Below are positions 49,376 through 61,069 of a DNA stretch of 64,000 nucleotides, one piece after another. Under the pieces are notes generated by a model. The model was not told the DNA's origin, made no database searches, and saw nothing but the letters and a program-made list of their open reading frames with translations. Source of the DNA: Scenedesmus sp. PABB004 (lineage: Eukaryota); contig JABVCE010000020.1 of NCBI GenBank assembly GCA_014905635.1, forward strand, positions 186,001 to 250,000, written 5' to 3'. Positions within the stretch are counted from its first letter, which is position 1. Every line of letters begins with the position of its first letter. The position numbers and the translations under genes are program-made.

Positions 49376-52300
49376 ATGTCGGGCAAGTGCCCAGCCCTGC
49401 TGGCAGCAGCTGCTGCCGGCGCCGCCGCGGCCAGCGCGGCGGGGTACGTCGCCTACACCGCCGCCGCGAGGCGCGTTGAGTATGTGGTGATCTGGAGCGA
49501 GGGCGCCAAGACCGGCGTCCGCCTGGCCCGCGTGGAGAGCCTGGACGACCTGCGCGCGGCCGTGGAGGAGCGCCTTCACGTCGAGGAGGCGCGCCTGTTC
49601 CTCGACCAGGTGCGCGGCGCCCGTGCATGCGCCCACACACGCGCAGCTGATGAGACCGGCCTGCGCGAGCTGCTGGGGCCCTCGCCGAGGCCGCGGCCGG
49701 CAGCGCCACGGGCCTGGGCAGCGCCCGGCGACGCCGGCGTCCCAGATCCGGCCCCGCAGCGGCGCGCGGGCGGGCGGCGGCGCGCGCGGCAACCGCCGCC
49801 GCGCGGGGGCGCCGCCCGGCGCGCGGCACGCACTGCCGACGGCGCGCACCCCGCCCCTCGGCGCCCCCCGTCTCCGCAGCTCGATGGCAAGCCCGAGCTC
49901 ACCAGCACCGAGGCGCTGCGCGGCGCGTACGCCGACCCGGCGGCCTGCCTGCAGGGCGCCCTGCTGCTCGTCGCGACCGCCGGCGGCGCGGCGCTCGGCG
50001 CCGAGGCCGCCGCCGCGCCGCGCCTCGCGCCCGTGCCGGACGGCCCGCGGCCGCTGCCGGGTGCGCCGGTCAGGCGGCGCGCGCCTCGAGGGGGCCCGGC
50101 GGCCGCGCGCGCAGCCGCCGCGGCCCTCCCAAGCCCTCAACTACACGCGCGCACGGCGACACGCCCGCACACGCGCCCGCCCACGCGCCCGCACACACGC
50201 GCCCGCACACACGCGCCGCACACATACGCCACGCAGTGCTGGGCAACTTCACCGCGTACCTGCGCGGCGGGCAGGGCCATCCCGCGTACAACCTGGCGGC
50301 CAACGTCTTCGCCCCCGAGCGCCGGGCGGCCTGGGGCGACACCGTCGTGCTGCACCTGCCCAACTGCGCCGCCGGCGGCGACACGTTCAAGGCGCGCAGC
50401 GCCACGAGGCAGCGCGCGGCGCGCGGCGCCGCCGTCGCCGCCGCCGCGCGGCGCCGCGGGGCAGCGCAGCGCGCGCCGCGCACGCACGCGCGCCGCCTCC
50501 TCCACGCGCGCCCGCGCGCAAACGCGCCGCCGCCGCCGCCGCCGCCGCCCGCCCGCCCCCGCGCGCCCGCCGCCGCCCGCAGGAGGCGCCGCCGGGCATG
50601 GTCGACTGGGCGGTCACGACGTGCGACCCGGAGGTGGTTGCGGAGCTGCTCGAGCGCCAGCCCGACTTCCCCAAGCTCTGGGGCCGCGAGGCGATCGAGC
50701 GCGCGCTGCAGGACGTCGCGGGTGCGCGTGGGTGTGGAGCCCGGGCGCGCGGCGGCGCGGCGCGCGGCGGCGCCGCGTCGGGGGGCCGGCGGCGCGCCGC
50801 GGCTGGCCGCACACGCCCGCGCCGCGCCGCCCGCGCCCGCGCTGCCCCGCCCCCAGGCAACGGCCTCTTCACCAGCTCCACGCTCGACCACGACTGGTGC
50901 GTCCAGGGTTTAGCGGCTGGGGTGGCTTGGCCGGGCGAGTCCCCGGTCGCGGCCCCCGGCCGGTCCCGCCGGGCGGCCTGAGCGCCCCGCCGACGCAACC
51001 GCGCGCCGCCGCCGCGCAGGGAGTCGGCGCACGGGCTGCTGCCGCGCGGGTTCAACCAGATCCGCATCAAAAACTACTACCCGGTGGGGCGCGGGGGGCT
51101 CGAAAGGGGAGGGCATAACAGGGTTTAGGGCGCGGGGGCCGGGACAGGGCTTAAACTATAAACCCTGGGAGGCCGCGCCTCGACGCCGGCCGCTGCCGCC
51201 GCCGCCGCCAGGTCATGCTGGACAAGACGCGCTCCTTTGCGGCGGCGTGGGCGGCGGTGCCCCAGGTGCGCGGCCGCGCCGCGGCGGCGCGGGCGCGGCG
51301 CCCAGGTTGTGGCCGCGCCCCGCGGCGCCCGGGTTGTGGCCGCGGCGCGGGCGGCGCGCGCGCGCACGAGCGCGCCGCTGCGCCGCCGCCCGCCGCGCCC
51401 GCAGGGCGGCGAGCTGTGTGAGATCAACGACTGGCTCACCTGCATGACGGCCGACGCGGTGGTCAAGGCCAGCATGGGCCTGGTGCGGCGCGCGGCGGGG
51501 GCGCGGCGCGCGGCGGCGCCTGGGGGGAGGGCCAAGTCACGCCTACGGCAGCGCGCGCGGCCCGACACACCCCGCCACACCCGACAAACCCCGGCGCGCC
51601 TCGCCCGCCGCCGCCGCGGCGGCCAGGACATGGGCAACGTGGAGGCCAAGGCCTCGGGCAGGCCGCTGCACAAGTTCATCGAGGCCTTCCGCTACGCGCT
51701 CAAGGCGGCGATCGGGACGTGCGTGGCGCCGCGCCAGCGCCGGCGGTTTTGGCGGCGGGCGCGCGCCTGGCGCGCGCCTGGCGCGTGCGGCGGCGCGCCG
51801 CCGCCGCCCGCGCGGCGAGCTGACCGCCGCCGCCGCCGCTCTGCTGCCGCCGCCGCCGCCGGCGGCGTCCGCGCAGCGCGACGGTGAAGAGCGAGTTTGG
51901 GCAGCTCGCGGCGGTCAACCCCTTTTTCGACGGCAAGGCCGCGCTCGCGGCGAAAAAGGCGGCCGCGGTCAAGGCGGCGCAGGAGGTGGTCAACGAGCTG
52001 CTCGAGCGCACGCGCAAGGTGCGTGCGTGTGTGTGACCGGCCGCGTCGCGTCGCGCGCCGACTGCGCGTGCCGCGCCGCGCCGCGCCGCACCCAGTGCCG
52101 GCGCGCGCGGCGCCGCGGCGCCCGGCCGCCCCGCCACGCGCCCGCGCGCTCACGCGCGGGCGCCGCCGCCGCGCCGGTCAGGGCGAGATCGGCGGCAGCG
52201 GCAGCGTGCTGTCGGCGATGCTGAACGACGTGAGCCCCGGCACCGGCGACTACGTGCGCCTGTGCAACATCTATGGCCAGGTCATGAACCTCATGATTGC

Positions 52301-55300
52301 GGGTGAGCCGCCCGGGGTTTAGCGGGGGCCTGAGCCGGGGTTTAGCGGGTTAGGCGCTAGGGGGCAAGCCGACATCCGCGCGAGGGGGCTAGAGGGGGAG
52401 GGGGGGGGGCGACGCCTCGCGCGGACGCGGCCCTCGCGGGCAAGGCGGCGCGTGGGGGGCCGCGGGCTCCGCCACTGCCGGCTCCCCGCCAGCCGCCCCG
52501 CCGGCCCGCCGCGCTGACCCGGCCCGGCCGCCGGCGCCGCCGAACCGCCCAGGGCACGAGACGACCGCCGCGACGCTCGCGTGGACGCTGTACTACGTGG
52601 CGACGCACCCCGAGGTCGAGGCCAGGGCGCTGGCAGAGATTGAGGCCGTGCTTGGCGACCGCATGGAGCCGCGCGTGGACGACGTGCCCAAGCTGGTGCG
52701 GCGGTCGACGGGGCCGGGTGCAAGGGCTTAGTTGGGGCGCCGGGCCCGGGGCGGACGGGGCCGATGGAGAGCGCGCGCCGCCCTGCGCGCGCCGTCGAGC
52801 GCCCTGCCCGCCGCGCCGTGGGGCGCCGCCGCCGCCGCAGTTCTACCTGGAGGCGTGCTTCCGCGAGGCGCTGCGCCTGCACCCCGCGGTCGGCACGGTC
52901 ACGCGGGACGTGATGCACGACACCACGCTTAAGGGTGCGCCCAGGGCGCTGTGGTTCAGGGTTTTTTGGGTCTTGTTCAGGCTGCCCCGTGCGGCCGCCG
53001 CGCCCCGTCCGACCGCGCTGTGCCGGCGCCGGCGCCGCCGCCGCCGCCGTGGCAGGCAAGTGGTTTGTGCGCAAGGGCCAGCGCGTCGACATCAACAACG
53101 TCGCCCTGCAGCGCCGCGAGGACCAGGCGCGCGCCGCGCGCCGCGCGCCCCCACAGCCGCCGCCCGCGCGCGCGGCCGCCGACCTCCGCCGCCGCCGCCC
53201 TGACCCCGCGCGCGTCTCGCCGCGGTGCGTGTGTTGTGTTTGTTGCTTGCCGCGCAGTGGGGCGGCAAGTTTGGCGACCCCAACAAGTACAACCCCGATC
53301 GCTTCATGCCCGGTGAGACCGGCCGCCTGTTGGCGCAGGAGGGCCCCCAGCGAGCTGGGGGCGGGGGGGGGGGGAGAGGCACCCCAAGCGCGCTTGCTTT
53401 TCCAGCCCGCGCGCTCGAGCCAGTGCGCGCGCCCGCGCGCCAGGCGCCCACCGCGCCGCCGCCGACGCCGCCGCAGGCGCGGCCGAGGAGACGGGGCGCC
53501 ACCCCAACGCGTTCAACCCGTGGGGCTTTGGCGTGCGCGCGTGCATCGGCAGCCAGTTTGCGCTGTGGGAGGCCAAGACGTTCCTGGCCATGATCCTCCG
53601 CTTCTTCAAGTGAGTCTCAAGACTGAAGACCCACATTTTATTAGGCGCTCCTTTGGTTTTGGTTGGGATCAGGAAGAGAAGGGGGACTGGGGGGTGGACT
53701 TCGCTGCGCTCGGCCGGCCGAGCTGCGCACCGCCGCGCGCCGCGCCGCGCGCCCCGCCGCAGGCTGCGCGTGCCCGAGGGCTTTGGCGTGCCGCTGCCGA
53801 GCGTCGCCGACGGCGGCGCCGCGCCGACGCCGCACCACCTGCGCCTGCGCATCTGGAAGCGCAAGGGCGCGCTCGAGGTGACCCCACGCCGCCGCTGGTG
53901 GCGGGCGGGCGGTCGCGTGGGGTTGAGGCAGCAGCCGGGGCGGCTGAGCACTCTCTCGCGCCCGCGGCAGCCTCGCTCACACGTCCGCGCCTCTGCCCCG
54001 GCCGCGCCCGCAGAGCCTGCAGGCGGCCGCGTCGGCCGCGTCGCCCGCCGTCGCGCCCGCCGCCGGCGGCGCCGCGCCCGCCGCCGCCGGCGCCGCGCCG
54101 GCCGCCGCCGGCGCCGCCGCCGACGCGGGCGGGCACGGCACGCCGCTGCTGGTGCTCTACGGCTCCAACGGCGGCACGTGCGAGGAGCTCGCGTCTGCTC
54201 TCGCGTCCAAGGCCGCAAGCGCGGGCTTTGCCGCCACGGCGGCGAGCCTCGACAACGCGCTCAAGGCCAAGCTGCCCGGCGCCAAGGCGGTGCTCGTGGT
54301 CACGAGCACCTACAACGGCACGCCGCCCGACAACGCCGCCGCGTTTGCAAAGTGGCTGCCCGCGCAGGCCGCGGGTGCGCGCCCCCGCGCCACGCCGCTG
54401 CGCGCTCGCCGTGCCACACGCCCTCCGCGCTCGTGCTCGCGCTCTCGCGCGCGCCCTGCGCAAACACGCGCACACACACACGCGCCGCAGGCTCGCTCTC
54501 GTCCGTCAACTTTGCCGTCTTTGGCGTCGGCAACAGCCAGTGGGCCCAGACGTACCAGGCCTTCCCGCAGCAGGTCGCGCTGCAGCTCGCGCGCGCGGGC
54601 GCCAACCAGGTGCGTGCGCGCCGCGCGTTGTTTTGTGCGCGCGCGCCGCCGCCGCGCCGTGCCGCGCCGCGCCCGCTAGCCTCCCTCTGCTCCCGCGAGT
54701 CAACAGCTCAACAGCAAAGCCCCGCCCGCCAAAAACCCGCCCGCCCACGCGCGCAACGCGCGCAGCTGCTGGAGATGGCGGTCGGCGACGTGGACGGCAA
54801 CGAGTGGATGGACGCGTTTGACGACTGGACGCGCGAGGTGCGGCGCGCGCCGCGCCGGCAGCCCACGGGCGTCAAACCCCCGCGCGCGCCGGGCCGCCGC
54901 AGCGCCGCTGCCGCTGCCGCAGCCCTGATTACACGGCCGAAGCTCACCGCCCACGGCCCTCCTCCACCCCCGCAGGTGATCAAGGCGCTGCTGTGCAGCT
55001 ACGGCGTGGAGCCGCCCGCGACGTACAAGGCCGCCGCGGGCGAGGGCGGCGGCGACGGCAAGGACCGCCTGCACCTGCGCCTGCTCGGCGCCGACGAGCC
55101 GGGCACGCCGGCGACCGTGGCCGACGCAATCGCCCGCCTCTCGGCGGCGCACCCCGACGACGCGTACGCGATGCTCACGGTGCTCGAGAACCGCGAGCTG
55201 CAGGGCCCCAAGAGCGACCGCTCGACGCGCCACGTGCAGCTGCAGCTCCCGCCCGGTCCCGCCGGCGCGTACACCGCCGGTGCGCGCCGCCGCGCCTGTC

Positions 55301-57840
55301 GCCGCCGCCGCGCAGGCGGGCGGGCCGGGCGCCGGCCGGCAGCACAGCGCCGCCGCCGCCGCGCCGAGCGCCCGCCCCTCCCGCTCACCGCCTGCGTCCC
55401 GCGCCCCCCTAAACCCTGCGCCTCGCTCTCTGAACCCAGGCGACCACCTGGAGGTGATGGGCAACAACGACACGGCGCTCGTCGCCGCAGCGCTCAAGCT
55501 GCTCGGACTCAAGGGTGAGTGAGCGCCCTCCCCTGGGGGCCGGCCCTGCCTGCGCGCGCCAGGCGCCCTGCTCGCCGCTTGCGCGCGCCGCCGACGCCGC
55601 AGCCGCCGCCGCGCGCCTCGCCGGCCGGCCGCAGGCGACGAGCGCGTGGAGTGGACGACCAACTTTGAGGACGGCGACGGCGCGGCGCGCGGCCTGGGCG
55701 GCGGGCAGAAGCTCGTTATCATCCTCACCGCCACCACGGCCCTCACCTGTGCGCGCGCTGCCCGCGGCTGCTGCGCGCCCGCGCGCCCGCCGCGCCCGCC
55801 GCGCCCGCCTGCGCACCCCCTCCCCTCCCTGCTGGCCCCCTGCCCGCTGCCGAGGGGGCAGCGCCCGCACGCACAACATCATCCGACCCGCCGCGCACCT
55901 GCGCCCGCGTCGCCGCGGCACGACGCAGGGCTGGTGGACCTCGCCGCCGTGCCGACGCGGCGCACGATTGTGGCGCTCGCCGAGGCGTGCCCCTGCCCGC
56001 CCGAGGCGGCGGCGCTCAAGGAGCTCGCCGACGAGGCGACCTACAAGGACAAGGCGCGTGCGCTCTTGCCTGACGCAGTCGCTGGGCGCGCATGCGTGCC
56101 CTGTGTTGCGTGCCCTGTGTCGCGCGCGCCGCCCTTTTAAGCGCGCGCGCGGCGCGCCTCGTGCCTCACTCGTGCCTCACCCCCGCCCGCCGCTGCTGCG
56201 TCCGCAGGTGGGCGGGCAGCGCCTGACGCTGGTGGAGCTGCTCAGCCGCTTCCGCTCCGTGCCGGTCAACCTCGGCGCGATCGCCAACATGCTTCCCCGC
56301 ATGGGCCCGCGGTGCGCGGCTTGGGGCGTCGGCCGCGCCGCCGCCCAGCCGAGCCTGCCACGCCGCCGCCGCCGCCGCTTCGCAAACCGCTTCCACCCCC
56401 CCCCCCCCCTTTCCTGCCCTCCCTCCCTCCCTCCCTGAACCCTCAACCCTCAACCCTGAAACTAAACCCTACCCCCGCCCTCACCGCCCGCCCGCAGCTA
56501 CTACTCCATCTCCAGCTCGCCCCTCGCGCGCCCGGGGACCGCCTCGATCAGCGTCGGGCGCGTCGCGTTCACCACGCCGACCGGCCGGCCCCACAAGGGC
56601 GCGGCGAGCGCGACGATCGCGGCCACGCCCGTCGGCGGCGCGCTCGTCGGCAGCGTGCGCCGGCTGTCGAGCAGCTTCCGCCTGCCCAAGGACCCCGCCA
56701 CGCCGGTCATCATGGTCGGCCCCGGTGCGACTGCGCCGCCCTGCCGCCCGCGCGCCCGGCCGCGCTGCCGGGCGCCGCGCTCCCGGCCGCGCCGCGCGCT
56801 CGGCTGCAGCTGAGCGCAGCGCGCCCGTCCCTCCACCCGCGCGCCAGGCACGGGCGTGGCGCCGATGATGGGCTTCCTGCAGGAGCGCGCCGCGCTCGCG
56901 GCCGGCGGCGCGGCGCTCGGCCCGGCGCACCTCTTCTTCGGCTGCCGCAGGTGCGGAGCGCCGCGCCGCCGCGCCCGCGCCGCGCCGCGGCACCTGCGCC
57001 ACGCTGCCGCACGTGCGCCGCGCCGCCGCGGGCGCACACGGCCTCTGCTCACACGCGCCCGCTCAAACGCCCCCGTTATAACATGTAACGCCCCCGTCAC
57101 AACGGGGCAGCGCTGCCGACGACTTCATCTACCGCGCCGAGCTGGAGGGCTACGCCCACAGCGGCGTGCTCGCGGGCCTGCACGTCGCGTTCAGCCGCGA
57201 CGGCGCGTCCAAGGTGCGCCCCGCGGCGCGACGCGCGTGCCCCCTGCGTCCGCCCGTGGGAGCCCGGGCGGGCTTCCCGCGCGCGGTGGCGGCTGCCGCT
57301 CCCCGGCCGAACCCGCCCTGCGCTCGCCTCTGCGCCTCGTGTGCCACGCAGGTGTACGTCCAAGACCTCATCCTCCAGCAGGGCGAGGCGCTGTGGGCCC
57401 TGTTTGAGCGCGGCGCGCACGTCTACGTCTGCGGCGACGCGCGGCGGTGCGTTGCTCGCGTGCGCGCGCGCGCGGCCGGCCGGCTGGCGGCGGCGGCGGC
57501 GCGCCGTCTCGGGCGCGCGCGGCCCTGCTGTGCCGCCTCTCTGCCGCCGTGTTGCCGACCAAGCCGCACTCGCCTGCCGCCCCTGCTTGCAGGATGGCGC
57601 CCGACGTGCGCAGCGCGTTCAAGGAGATTGCAAAGGTGCGGCGGCGCGCTACGCGGGCGGGGCGGGCTGGAGCCAGGCAGCAACGGCGCCGGGCCGCGGC
57701 GTCGACGGGGCCTTGCTCACGCGCCGCCGCCGCCTACCGCCGCGCAGACGTGGGGCGGCCGCAACGGCGCCGCCGCGGAGAGCTGGATGGGCGGCCTGGT
57801 GGAGGCCAAGCGCTACCTGGAGGACGTCTGGGCGGGCTGA
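49376..57840 (+). CDS. Self-sufficient cytochrome P450 / NADPH-P450 reductase fusion (CYP102/CYP505, BM3-like); about 30 introns
   Basis: GPRPLP/VLGN, GNGLFTS, MIA/GHETTA, EALRLHP, YNPDRF, PWGFGVRACIGSQFALWEA (heme Cys), VLYGSNGGTCE, TSTYNGTPPDNA, FAVFGVGN (FMN), RYYSISSSP, MVGP/GTGVAPMMGFLQER, LFFGCR, YVCGDARRMAPDV, RYLEDVWAG*. Confidence 0.95.
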
Positions 57841-58592
57841 GCTGAGGACGTCTGGCGGGCCGAGCTGTCACAGCTGTGACGGAGCTCGGCGGCAGTGTGG
57901 GCGCGGGGCGGGCAGCGCGGCGTCCCGCACAGCACGAGGCCGGGCCGCTGCGGCCGAGTTCTGGAGGAGGGATTGCAGCAGGCGGCTGGCCGGCGCGAGA
58001 ATGGCCGTGCGGCTTCTGGGAGGAGGGGCAGACAAGAACTGGCGCGGGATGCTCTTAGATTGCGCTGCTGCTCTGCGAGTGAAACGCACTGCTCCTTTGC
58101 CCACCGCGGGGACGCGTTGCCCCGGTCCGCGTGCGCTCCTGGACTCAGGCTGGATTCAGGCCGTCACCAGGCAACGCCGCCCCCCACACGGACCCGCTGC
58201 GCCGCCACGCCTGGCGCGCTCCGAGCGGGCGGGGGCCGAGCAGCGGCGGCGCGGTGACGCCGGCGCCCGTGCTGCACGCAGGCCGTGCGTTCGCCGCCGT
58301 TCCGCGGTTCTGGGTCGTTCCAGGCGCCCAGCCGCGCTGCCAGCCCCGGACGCGGCCCGCCAGGCCCTGCTTCCGGGCTTGCGAGCTCCTCCCCGCTCGA
58401 CCAGGCCGCACCGCCGCTCCGCCGCCGCGCCGTTCACCCCGCCTCCATCGCATCGTTACCTGAACACAGGCCCAGCGGCGCGCTGCCACGGCCCACCGTG
58501 CTCTGCGAGACCAACCCGGGCAATCCGCTGTCGCAGCGCGCCCTGGGCGGTCGGCAGGCCCCGCCCGCACGCGCTCCGCCTCCCGGCCCGTC

Positions 58593-60859
58593 ATGCCCAG
58601 CCGCGGCGGCCACGCGCTGGCGCGGCACGCCCTCGCACTGGCGGCGGCGGCGCTGGCGCTGCTGCTCGCGTCCGCCCCGGCCGGCGGCGTGGCGCGCGGG
58701 CCCAGGCGCGGCCTGCTGGCGGACGGGAGTAACTCCCGCAGCCTGCTGGTCGCCAACGCTGCGCCCGCCGTTGATTGCCCGGCCGGCAGCGGCGTGCCGG
58801 CGGGCGGCGGCGGCGACTGCGCGCCGTGCAAGCGCGGCACCTGGTCGGCCGGCGGGCCAGACGCGCGGTGCCGGGGCTGTCCCGAGGGCTACAACACGCC
58901 CGGCGAGGGCGAAACGTCGGCGGCGGCCTGCACCGACTGCCGGGCCGGCTACGGCAAACCGGCCGACAGCCGTGTGCGCACGTGCGAGCCCTGCCCGCCA
59001 GGCGCGTGGCGCAACTCGAAGCCAGGCGGCGGCATCAAGCCCTGCCATGCCTGTCCTGTGCTGACGACGACACCAGGCCCCGGCGCCAAGAGCCCGGCCG
59101 CGTGCAACGTGACCCTTGCCCTCCCCGACGACCCGGTGGCGTCGGCGCTGCTGCGCGGCCTGCTGGAGCTGGAGCTGGGCGCAGAGCTCATTGGTCGTCG
59201 CGGCCTGGGGTCGTGGAACCCCGGCACCAAACCCTGCACCTGGTCGGGCGTGGTCTGCTCACGAGGCGCGCCGCGCGTGGTCACATGGGTCAGTGCTTAC
59301 TTCAGGCGGCCGCCGACGGGCCGCCTGCCGCGCGCGTGGGGGGAGCTCGGCCCCGGGCTGGAGTCGCTGTACCTCAGCACGGACCCCGGAGTGAGCGGCG
59401 GGGCAAACCTCAGCGACGCGTCGTGGCCGACAGAGTGGCGCAGCCTCACCGGCCTCAAAAACCTCGCACTCAGAGGCATGGGCGTGACCGGCCCGCTGTC
59501 GCTGGCAGCGCTGCTGCCGCCAAACTTGGAGCGCGTGGACATTGGCGGCAGCCGCTTCACCTCCCTGGCCGACGACGTCACGCCGGGCGCGCTGCCTGCG
59601 CTGACTCAGCTGAACTTCCAGCAGGACGACGACCACCCTATCGGCGGGACGCTGCCGGCGTCGTGGGGCGCGCTCCCCGCGCTGCAGACGCTGGCCCTGA
59701 CGAATCTGGGTCTCACCGGCCCGCTGCCGGAGGCCGGCTTTCACAACCTCACGAACCTGATCCTGCCGCACAACGCGCTGTCAGGGCCGCTGCCGGGGGC
59801 CGGCTTTCCCAGCCTCAAGAACCTGGCCCTGCCGTTCAACGCGCTCTCAGGGCCGCTGCCGGCCAAGCTGCCGGCCAACTTGGTGTTCCTGGACCTCAGC
59901 CACAACCAGGTGCGGCGCACGGCACAGGGCCACGGCCGCTGCGCAGCGCACGCTGCGCCAGGGCGCAGACATGCCCCGCGCCGGCTGCGCTGGCAGCGGC
60001 AGGGGGCGCGCGGACACACGCACCGACTTGCGGTGCCGCCCAACCCCCGCGCAGCTGACGGGGCGCCTGGATGGCTGGGAGCTGTGGGCGCGTGGGCGCA
60101 GCCCGAGCGGTGACTGTGTCGACGACCTCAACCTTTCCCACAACCAGCTCACGGGCCCGCTGCCCGAGGCGCCGGGGGCCTGGCATGGCATGTTTCTGTC
60201 GGACAACGCCCTCACCTCCACGCTGCCGGCCGCCTGGGCGAAGTGGACGTTTCCTGAAGGTGGGCCAGGGCCGTTGCGTGCGATGCGCTGCAGCCGAGCG
60301 GCGAGAGGCTGGGCACGCCCAGCGTGCTGCTGGCCTGGCAGGCCCGGCCGCAGCCCGCGGCCGCACATGCTCATGCCCACCTCAACCCCGGCCGCCACCA
60401 GGCTGCGGCGGCGGAAGCGTGTACCCTGACCTCTCCAACAACCAGCTCCGCGGCCCCCTGCCGCCCGAGTGGGGCGCCTGGTCAGAGCCCATGCAGGCGA
60501 CGCTGGGCTGGCTCAACCTCACCGGCAACCCGCTCAACACCATGCTGCCACCCGAGTGGGGCAACATCACAAACCTGGGGTCGCTGGACGTGCGGTCCTG
60601 CGGCCTGCAGGGGACGTTTCCAGCTGCAGCGTGGGCGCCGCTGCGGCTCTATGCACTGGGCATCAGCGACAACCCAGGCCTCTCCGGCTGCCTGCCACGC
60701 GCGTGGCTTGAGCACGGGACGGAGCTGGTGAGGCCCACGTGCGAGGTGCCTGGAGGCTGCTGGGGCCCAGGGGTGCCCCTGACCGACCTGGTGAGCGGCG
60801 CGCCGCTCGACCAGGACCCGCTGCGCAACACCGACATCACCGGCCTGTGCGCGCCGTAG
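58593..60859 (+). CDS. LRR5: secreted Cys-rich-repeat + LRR protein, apparently intact
   Basis: Exons 58593-59909, 60055-60259, 60402-60859. Signal peptide, CxxC repeats, LRRNT, LRRs and a DNPGLSGCLP cap. Confidence 0.87.
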
Positions 60860-61069
60860 TGCTGAGCAAGCATTGCTGGGTCATGTGCGTGCCTGCCGGG
60901 CGGTGCGGGGTGTGAGGGTGGGGGTGCAGCGGCACCTGGGCGGCGCTGCGTTGCTTGCGTGGTTCTTGGTAGGCGCGCTGGCGGCGCGCGGCAAGCACGC
61001 GTGGTGTGCTTGGGCGCGTCACTGCGCGTCACTGCTCTTGATGCTCGGTGAATGATTGTTTCCGCGTCT

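Noticed and set aside
57066..57110. TGTAA (green algal polyadenylation signal) within a small AACGCCCCCGT direct repeat
   Set aside because: It lies inside a P450-reductase intron near the acceptor, and essential NADPH-binding exons follow. It is more likely branch-point sequence than a terminator.
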